DNA from: Octopus vulgaris | Taxonomy: Eukaryota | Assembly (NCBI GenBank): GCA_951406725.2 | Contig: OX597820.1 | Span: forward strand, 59,210,001 to 59,274,000 | DNA length: 64,000 nucleotides | Direction: 5' to 3' | Shown here: in pieces, positions 54,830 through 64,000 of the stretch | How the letters are laid out: each line of letters opens with the position of its first letter | Position numbering within the stretch: the stretch's first letter is position 1 | Made by a program: the position numbers and the translations under genes | The notes under the pieces: generated by a model | Told to the model about the DNA's origin: nothing | What the model saw: only the letters and a program-made list of their open reading frames with translations | Databases searched by the model: none

Positions 54830-55200
54830 CCAAGTGTGATCAAAAGAGACTATGGACATTATCCAAACGCCTTGTACTTAGTCCACCCCTAGGTCTTCTG
54901 CCAGTTAACGTAGTTTGAAGAATCGGTCTTGCAATCATTCCTATGACATTTTAACCACACTCCAAAGCATTGGAACTGTGTCCTCTCGATGTGAAAATGT
55001 AGTGGTTCCATCTGAAAGGACTTCCTGATCTCCAAGCTATGCACCCTATCAAGTAACATTTCTCCAGCGATCCTTTGGAGGAATCCCATTTTGGCTGTTG
55101 GTGTTTGCAATCATATTCTTTCAGTCATTACCCAACGTTCACGATCATAGGTGAGAATAGGGACAAAAACCAAACAGAAGATAGCATGTTTGGCTTTTTT
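54830..55200 (-). mobile_element. RTE (Rex3/Expander-like) C-terminal fragment
   Basis: AKMGFLQRIAGEMLLDRVHSLEIRKSFQMEPLHFHIERTQFQCFG. Confidence 0.75.
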
Positions 55201-55454
55201 TACTAATCTCCCATAAAGGCGGTGACCTGGCAGAAACGTTAGCACACTGGGCGAAATACTTCGCAGTATTTCATGTCTTTACATTCTGAGTTCAAATTCA
55301 AGTGAAGTCAGCTTTGCCTTTCATCCATTCGAGGTCAATAAATTAAGTACCAGTTGTGTACTGGGTCGATTTCGTTGACTAGCCACCTCCCCCAAAATTT
55401 CGGGCCTTTTGCCTAGAGTAGAAAAGATTACTGCGCCAGCACCTGCAATTCTGT

Positions 55455-55790
55455 GAGGGCACATGGTTCAGTGGTTAGAGCATAGGGCTCACTATCATGA
55501 GGTTGTGAGTTTGATTCCCAGACTGGGCTGTTTGTTGTGTTCTTGAGCCAGGTACTTTATTTCATATTGCTCCAGTTCATTCAACTGAGTAGCAACATCA
55601 CTGGTGCCAAGTTGTATCTGTCTTTGCCTTTCCCTTGGATAACATCAGTAGCACGAAGAGGAGAGGCTGGTATGCTTGGGTGATTGCTGGTCTTCTATAA
55701 ATAATCTTGCCCAGACTTGTGCCTCAGAGGGGAACTTTCTTGGCGCAATCCTGTAGTCATTCATAACCAAAGGGGGTTTTTACCGTTTAT
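55455..55790 (+). mobile_element. tRNA-derived SINE (body Y, tail P); related head and body at ~39170-39435
   Basis: A/B-box head; tail matches the reverse complement of 11170-11360. Confidence 0.8.
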
Positions 55791-56270
55791 CTTTTTTAGC
55801 TGTAATTCTAGCATCCAATTCAGCCTCCTTTTTTCTATCTTGGGTAACGCATGGCTGGGTGATTAAGAAGTTTCCTTCCCAACTGCATCGTTTTATTTTC
55901 AGTCCTCCTTCATTACCCCTTGAACAAGTATTTTCTTTTTACTCTAGTGCGGTGTGGCTGTGTGGTAAGAAGCTTGCTTACCAACCATATGGTTCCGGGT
56001 TCAGTTCCATTGCATGGCACCTTGAACAAGTGCCTTCTGCTATAGCCTCAGGCCGACAAAAGCCTTGTGACTGGATTTGGTAGACAGAAACTGAAAGAAG
56101 CTTATCGTGTGTGTGTATATATATATATATATATACACACACACATATATATTCATGTGTGTGTCTGTGCTTGTCTCCCTACTATCTCTTGACAACTGAT
56201 GTTGGTGTGTTTACATCCCCATGACTTAGCAGTTTGGCAAAAGAGACCAATAGAATAAGTACTAGGCTTA

Positions 56271-57083
56271 CACAAGTGTACCACCATGCATTTCGAGAGG
56301 AAAAATCCAGCGTCTGCGTACTCTCTTCAAAGCATAATAACAAGATGTCTTCTTATGAATGTGACCTGGGCATTACCGTCAGCAGCGATTTGCACTGGAC
56401 AAAGCACATCTCTAAAATTGTCAAGAAGCCCGAGGGTGTCTTGGCATCACTTAGCAAGACCTTTGTCAGTTGCTCTCCAGCTATGTATTTAAAGCCACAC
56501 TTGGAATTTGCATTACCAATCAGGAACCCCTGTCTTGCTCAGGACATTGACCTCCTGGAAACTATTCAGAGATATGCAACCAAGCAAATGCCCTCCATCG
56601 GACATCTACCATACTCTGAACACCTTGCTTCCCTGGGCATAGATACATTGAAGCTCTGATGTCTGGCAACTGATTTGGTAAACGCAAAATTATTAACCAA
56701 CATGCCAACAACCACCTTGAGCACCATTTTGAGCTCTATGTGTCTAACACACATGGCCATACCTACAAAGTCAGAAAACAGCACAGCTCCCATGACTTTT
56801 GGAAACATTTTTTCACTCACAGAGTTGCTGAAGCATGGGACAAACTACCTGTATCAGATGTTAGTTGCTGAGATATTGCATCCTTTAAAACTTCCATGCT
56901 TCCTGAAATTTGCCAACACTACACCTGATATCTCCCCACATCCATACACATACACACATGTATATCATGACTCATATACTGTTCACTTTCCTGACTTTTG
57001 TTCATAATTCTGTGTACTGTACATGCACCTTTGTTGAGTTGTAGTGCACCTGAGCACTATACACAATAATTTCATTATTATTA
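56271..57083 (+). mobile_element. 5'-truncated CR1-clade LINE inserted in a family-A SINE (55950-57170); second 3' end at ~59330-59630(-)
   Basis: ECDLGITVSSDLHWTKHISKIVKK, KPHLEFA, DIDLLETIQRYATK, PYSEHLASLG; (TTA)n tail. The host SINE is split at GGCTTACA|AAGAATAAG. Confidence 0.9.
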
Positions 57084-57469
57084 AAGAATAAGTCATGGGA
57101 TCAATTTGTTTGACTAAAGGTAGTGCTCCAGCATGGCCGTAGTCAAATGACTGAAATAAGTAAATAAATGAATGAATAGCTTCAAACTAACCAAACTCTT
57201 GCAAGTAGATTTGGTGAACAGAAAAAAGAGGCTGGTTCTATATGTATGTATGTGCATGTATGTGTTTATCTGTGTGAATGAGTGTGTAAGTGCATGTATG
57301 TTTACTTCTCCTTGTACTGACATTGTATGATAGTTGTAAATGAGTGCCACTGCCATACAAGCAGGTTCATTCATTTCCAATATTTTGAGAAAACATGTCT
57401 GTCCAGGGGGATAAATTAGCATCCTTGGAAACAACAGTGATAGTTGGTAACAGAAAGGGTATCCAGACA

Positions 57470-57892
57470 TACTCTTTTACTTGTTTCAGTTATTTGACTG
57501 CGGCCATGCTGGAGTACCACATTTAGTCGAACAAATCGACCCCAGGACTTATTCTTTGAAAGCCTAGTACTTATTCTATTGGTCTCTTCTGCCGAACCGC
57601 TAAGTTACGGGGACGTAAACACACCAGCATCGATTGTCAAGCGATGTTGGGGGGGACAAACACAGACACACAAACATACACACACAAACATACACACACA
57701 CACATATATATATATATACATATATACGATGGGCTTCTTTCAGTTTCCATCTACCAAATCCACTTACAAGGCTTTGGTTAGCCCGAGGCTATAGTAGAAG
57801 ACACTTGCCCAAGGTGCCATGCAGTGGGATTGAACCCCGAACCATCTAGTTCGTAAGCAAGCTACTTACCACACAGCCACTCCTACGCCTAT
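57470..57892 (-). mobile_element. SINE family A, nested in an RTE-tailed SINE (~57190-57965)
   Basis: The host tail GGGTATCCAGAC...AGAAACTCTGTC is split by the inverted SINE. Confidence 0.85.
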
Positions 57893-58989
57893 AGAAACTC
57901 TGTCTTGATAAATTCCTTCCAACCTATGTAAACATGGAGAAGTGAATGTTAAAATGATGATGATGATGGTGGTGGTGGTGGTGGTGGTGATGGTAGTGGT
58001 GATGATGGTTCTAGTTCCTTCACTTTCTAACTATGTCATATACACTCTACATATGTACATAGCCATAACCCATACATATATTGCCCACTTTTTCCATCTT
58101 GCACGGGCCCATTATCAGTTGAAATAAGACCTGTATTCAGCTTTGCATGAACCTGCTTGACTGTGCAAAGAAAGTTATTCTTTGCTGAGAAGTTAACAGG
58201 AGGACTAAAACTTTTCGTTTCCTTCTGTGTTTACTGGGTAAAAAAAAAAAAATAATATTAATCATTGACAAACAGGTTGCTTTTTTATACTCGCTACTTA
58301 TTTATTTTTAGATTTTTTAATGCTTCATGGATTAAATATGTTAAAGCTAACTCATATACAATTTACCAGGTTGTCGGGGCACCTCTCTGACTGGAAGTTA
58401 ACTCTATATTGCCCATTGTTAATAATTCTTGATGCTCCAGTAACTTCACTCTAAAGATTCTTTATATTTAACCCTTTAGCATTTAAGTCCAACTTTTCTT
58501 CTTGTCTTATGTTCAAACAGGCCAGATCAGGCCTCTAAAAACTACACTCGGTCATCATCATCATTTAACATCCATGTTACAAGCTAGCATGGGTGGGGCA
58601 GTACCACAAGAGCCAGCCAGGCAAAAGCCTGCACCAGACTTCTGTGACAGTTTTGGCAGGATTTTTACAGCTGGATGCCCTACCTAACACCAACCACTCA
58701 GCAGAGTGAACTTAGTGCTTTATATGTAGGACAAGCACAGGCAAGGTGATTAGTACTTTTTACATGGCACAAGCACAGGTGAGGTCGTTTTGGCAAAGTT
58801 TTTACAGCTGCATGCCCTTCCTAACACCAACCACTCAGCAGAGTGGACTTAGTGCTTTATATGTGGGACAAGCACAGGCAAGGTGATTAGTACTTTTTAC
58901 ATGGCACAAGTACAGGTGAGGTCGTTTTGGCAAGGTTTTTACAGCTGGATGCCCTTCTGAACAACCACTTTTCAATAAACAATCAATAA

Positions 58990-59332
58990 TAATAAGAGCA
59001 CAAACCTCCACCAAGGTGACATCAACGACCTCTCAACAATCAGCCAGAGATGATTTTTAAAATAAGAATGTTTGAAATAAACTCAACTACTCTCACATAC
59101 AAGAATACTAAAAATGAACCCGACTGCTCTCAAAAATTAAGTAAAAAAACAGGAAAAATAATCCAGAATCCTTGTCCAGCACTAGATCAATCCCAAAATC
59201 TAATAAGTTCATGCCACTCACAAGACCAAACATCCCTGAAAGTTTCATCTGAATCCATCCAGAAGTTCTTGAGATATCTTGTCCACGGACAAACACAACT
59301 GAAAACAATACTTCGCTAAGGCAGAGGTAATA
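58990..59332 (-). mobile_element. Helentron/HINE-like non-autonomous element (tentative)
   Basis: Terminal TTACCTCTGCCTTAGCGAAGTATTGTTTTC hairpin-like end, GATTCAGATGAAACTTTCAGG motif, and a subterminal CCTCCACC repeat at the other end. Confidence 0.5.
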
Positions 59333-59769
59333 ATAATGAAATTATTGTGTATAGTGCACTATAACTTATCAAAGGTGCATCTATGTTACATAGAATTATG
59401 TACAAAAGTCAGGAAAGTAAACTGTGTATGAGTCATGATATACATCTGTGCATGCATATGGAGGGAGGAGATATCAGGTGTAGTGTTGGCGAATTTCAGG
59501 AAGCACAGAGGTTTTAAAGGATGCAATGTCTCAGCAACTAACAACTGATGCAGGTAGTTTGCTCCATGCTTCAGCAGCTCTGAGTATGAAAAAATGTTTC
59601 CGAAAGTCATGCGAACTGTGCTGTTTTTCTGTTTTTCTTATCATTGAAATCTCAAAGCTACAAGATAATGCATGAATAATTCAAAACAATATGAATCAGT
59701 AAGCATTACATTTGACAAAGTAATCTGGATGATAAAGGGTCAAACAAGATTATTATATGCATGAAATGC

Positions 59770-60150
59770 ACAGGAGTGGCTGTGTGGTAAGTAGCTTGCT
59801 TGCCAACCACATGGTTCCAGGTTCAGTCCCACTGCATAGTACTTTGGGTAAGTGTCTTCTACTATAGCCTCAGGCTGACCAAAGCCTTGTGAGTGGATTT
59901 GGTAGACGGAAACTGAAAGATGCCCATCATATATGTGTGTGTCTGTGTTTGTCTCCCAACATCACTTGACGACCGATGCTGGTGTGTTTATGTCCTCGTG
60001 ATTTGGCAGTTCAGCAAAAGTGACTGATAGAATAAGTACTAGGCTTACAAACAATAAGTCCTGGGATTGATTTGCTTGACTAAAGGCGGTGTTCCAGCAT
60101 AGCTGCAGTCAAATAACTGAAACAAGTAAAAGAATAAAAGAAAAAAAAAA
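59770..60150 (+). mobile_element. tRNA-derived SINE, family A
   Basis: Full head-to-tail match to the other copies. Confidence 0.9.
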
Positions 60151-61933
60151 GAATATGCAAGCAGTCTTAAGATCTGTTCTTTGCTGGAGAATTATCAACA
60201 TTTGAATAATTATCATATTACTAGTTGCAGTCATTTGACTGCGGCCAAATGTTTTAGTCAATCATATTGGTTCCAACATTTAGTTCAGTCTGGTATTTAT
60301 TTTATCAATTCCTATTTATTGAACTGATAAGTTATGGAACATAAAGGGATCTAAACAACACACACGGGTTTCAGCACAGTTTCTCTCTACCAAATTCCAC
60401 TCACATGCTATTTGATAACCTCAGGCCATGTTAGAAGATACTTGCCCAAGGAGGCCATCCAGTGTTATCAAATTTAGAACAATGTAGTGTAGAGTGAGTT
60501 TCTTACCGCTTGTCTGAGTAAAACAATTTAATCATTTATATGGAACACCTTACCTTTAAATAAGCTGAGCAAGTAGAACAATAATTTTTTTAAAATATTT
60601 TTCAAGCATATTGTTAATTTAGGCATTATAGCATGACACAATTTGTATTGTCATTGTTGCTCTTGAGTGACTATAACCAAGATACTTCATGTCTAATACA
60701 CTTCCAAAGCTGGAAATAGGAATGACAAGGGGTCACAGGTCACACAGCATATATCTCAACGGTGTCTCAATAATTAAAATTTTTGAATAAAACTCGGCCT
60801 GAACAGGAAATCCACATTATGTTATGTTAGAATTATTAAGAATAACACTACAGTTGCTGTATTCATAGACATGTACACAATACCAGCCTGAACTTGAACT
60901 AGGAATGCATTTAGCTTTAAATTAAGAGTAGTTAGTGGCATGGTGGACAAGACTGTTACTACACTTAGTTTAGAAATAAAAATTCATATTTCAAATCCAG
61001 TCTGGTATTATGTATCTATCTATAAATAAAACATCAGATGATGACAGAAGATCAAATTAATATAAATGCAGTGTAGATGGCAATATTAAATAATTGTTCT
61101 AAGGTGAAGAGCTGGTAGAATCGTTAGTACATCAGGCTACATGCTTAGCAGTATTTCATCCTAGCCTCTCATTCTTTCAGCGTCAATAAAATAGGTACCA
61201 GTTTAGGACTGGGGTCAATGTAATTGACTAACCCACTTCCCTGAAATTGCTGGCCTTATGCCAAAATTCGAAACCAATATTAAATAATTGTTCTACCTTT
61301 ATAAACGTTGTTAAAATAGTCCAAGCACGAGCATGGTGAAGAAGGTTGCTTAGTCCTACTGTGTGGTGTTTGGTTAAATTCCTACTTCTATAGCTCCGGA
61401 CCGACCAATTCCTTGTGAGTGAATTTGGTGGACAAAAACTGTGTGGAAGCCACCATATATATGTGTATGTATATATGTATGTGTGTTTTTGTGTCTGTGT
61501 TTAACCCACGCTGCCACCACTTGATAACTGGTGTTGGTTTGTTTACATCTCTGTAACTTAGTTCTTTGGCAAAAGAGACCAATAGAAAATGTACCAAGCT
61601 TTAAAAAATAAGTATCGGTGTTGCAGTTCATAGATTAAAAAGTAAAAGAAGAAACAGAAAAAAATTTATAATCATATTAACAACAACTCTTCAAACACAC
61701 ACTTAGGCATATAGATTTTCATTCCTTTCTCTCACAGCTTTACATCCTGTTTTTGGTTCTTCATCAGTATTTTAATTGGACTATTAAGATATTCTGCACA
61801 AACAGTTCCAAATGTGTTTTTAGATCACAGCCTGTTTGACTTCCTAAAGCAACCACTAATCTCCACTGTTGCACCAACTTGTAAACAAAGTCTTGTTCAG
61901 ATTTGTGCATTGAACAACATTATGTGACACAAC

Positions 61934-61984
<51 letters not shown>

Positions 61985-62721
61985 TCTCACAAGTCAACAA
62001 GGGATACTCTCTACAAAAAGGAAGCTTCTGTATGGTTGCTTAACTTGCTAAAAACAGCAGCTAAAATTCCTTGGGATTACTTTCTAATCTCTTGGAATAT
62101 GGAAGGATACATTAATTAATATGGTTCAGAATACATTGTTTCTAAAAAAATATTTAAACGATAGGATGGTCACATGTGGAATACTTTTGATCATAGGTTT
62201 ACTTGATTAGAGCTCACACCAAATGAAGCAAAGGTAGTTTTTTTGGATCATAAAGGCAAATTCTAAATCAGTCATAAGCAAACTGTAGCCTATGAGACAT
62301 TCTGGATGGCATGTCTAACAAAAAATTATATTGAATTATTTTCATAGTGAGGCTCACTTGATGATGAACCATGTCTTGTAAAAGGTTGCCCATGCTCCAT
62401 CTGCTAGATATAGCAGCCAAATCTCCATCAGAAAAATAAAAGGGAGTGAGTTCAATAATGTTGTTAACAACACTATAATATAATAGAGATTATTTTATAA
62501 TTGGAACCTTCAATTGGCCAATGAACAAGCCTCTCTGCAGTTACTTAATCTGTTAGAAATAGTAGTCAAATCTCACTCAAATTACATTCAACTATCATGA
62601 AATACAGAAATATTACTGTAGGTAATGGAGTCTAGATTATAGTATGTCTAGAATGCTTTGATCATAGGTTTGCTTAATCAGGGCTGATCTATGAATAAAG
62701 AAAAACTATATCTAAATTTTT

Positions 62722-63032
62722 GTAGAAGCACGTGGCCTAGTGGTTAGAGCAGCAGACTAGCAGTCGAGGGATCGTGGGTTCGAATCTCAGACTGGGCGAT
62801 GTGTGTGTTTATTAGTGAAATACCTAAGCTTCTCACAGCTCCAGCAGAAGGTAATGGCAAACCTCTGCTGACTCTTTCGCCACAACTTCCTCTTACACTT
62901 TCCTCCTGCATCTCGCAGCTCACCTACAACAGACCGGCGTCCAGTCCAGATGGGGAACCCATATGCCAATGAAACCGGGAAACCGGCCCTTATGAGCTAG
63001 GCATGGCTCAAGAAGGAACAAACAACAAAAAC
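62722..63032 (+). mobile_element. tRNA-derived SINE (body X, tail Q)
   Basis: TGGCCTAGTGG A box, GGTTCGAATCTC B box; tail matches the 28905 element. Confidence 0.8.
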
Positions 63033-64000
63033 ATATCTAAATCTTCACAGTCAGAGATGATAAAACATTGTCAAGCAATGCTGTAAAATTCAGGTCAATG
63101 ACCTACAGCATGTGTACAACTATACTTGAGAGAAAAGTGCTCTGGTTTGAGTATACAAATAACTATGAAGATATCTGAGGATTGGTATAAACATAAATAG
63201 TTGTAAAACAATCACACATTAGAAGATATCATTCATAAATTACAAATAAAAAAAAATAACAGCTGTGGTTTTTATGTATGTATTATATCTGTGCTAGAAT
63301 ACATTGCACTTGCACCGATATTCTGATGCAAAATATCTTCAGATTGCTGAATTGTGATACACAAAAACCAAAGATTGATACAAACATAATAAGTAATTGT
63401 AGCAACTGTCCTATATAAGATAATAGTGTTCATGAATTTTAATATACAAAAGGTGGAGGCATGGCTGTGTGGATAAGAAGTTTGCTTTCCAATCATGTGA
63501 TTTCAGGTTCAGTCCCAATGCAAAACAACTAAGGAAAGTGTCTTTTATTGTAGCCCAGAGCTGACCAAAGAACCAAAGCCTTGTGAGAGGATTTTGCAGA
63601 CAGAGACTGAAAGAGGTTTGTTGTCTGTGTATGTGTGTTTTCCATTAGGTAAAATGACTTTTCCTCTCCCACTAATTTGTTTTGTTTTCATTTTAAAGCT
63701 TCCTTTTCAAATATTTGTTCACCTACTTTTTTTATGGGGGGGGGGGGGGTTCAAAAATGTAATTTAAAATTCAATGGGTACTGAGTGACATAACAAGAGA
63801 GAGAGAAAGAGGCAGATAGACAGACAGACAGAGACAGAGAAAAGCAAACATAAGGTTGGCTTAAAGTTAGACCTCATAGTGAAGTATGGTTTTAATACAG
63901 TGTAGTACTCAACTTCTCTTTACTTCCTCTTTACAATTATATATGAGCTATGTCTATAACATTTGCTACATGTATGCATAGGAGTGGCTGTGTGGTAAGT

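Noticed and set aside
61715-61900. Acceptor-like TTCCTTTCTCTCACAG on the plus strand
   Set aside because: No recognisable coding frame or donor support; an exon cannot be called.

Overview
AT-rich, repeat-dense animal genomic DNA. The SINE/LINE repertoire suggests an octopus/coleoid cephalopod (inference). Only one host coding exon is supportable: the first coding exon of membralin (TMEM259) on the minus strand (CDS 8877-8473). It has a strong acceptor, a start-stop uORF and a poly-N/poly-A/poly-Q N-terminus. The rest looks like intron or intergenic sequence, possibly a ~44 kb 5' intron, filled with nested transposons: a decayed Ty3/gypsy element with both LTRs, RTE, CR1, Tx1-like, RLE-type and possibly Penelope LINE remnants, several tRNA-SINE families, and mariner, piggyBac, hAT, Merlin-like and Helitron non-autonomous elements. 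The most unusual signal is six hammerhead-ribozyme-like motifs of the Penelope minimal type, all in small non-coding elements that end in (TA)n. Two of them sit in a palindromic head-to-head dimer of a tRNA-promoter + hammerhead unit. Most ORFs in the supplied track are microsatellite or repeat noise. Repeat boundaries were read by eye and are approximate unless a TSD/TIR is quoted.
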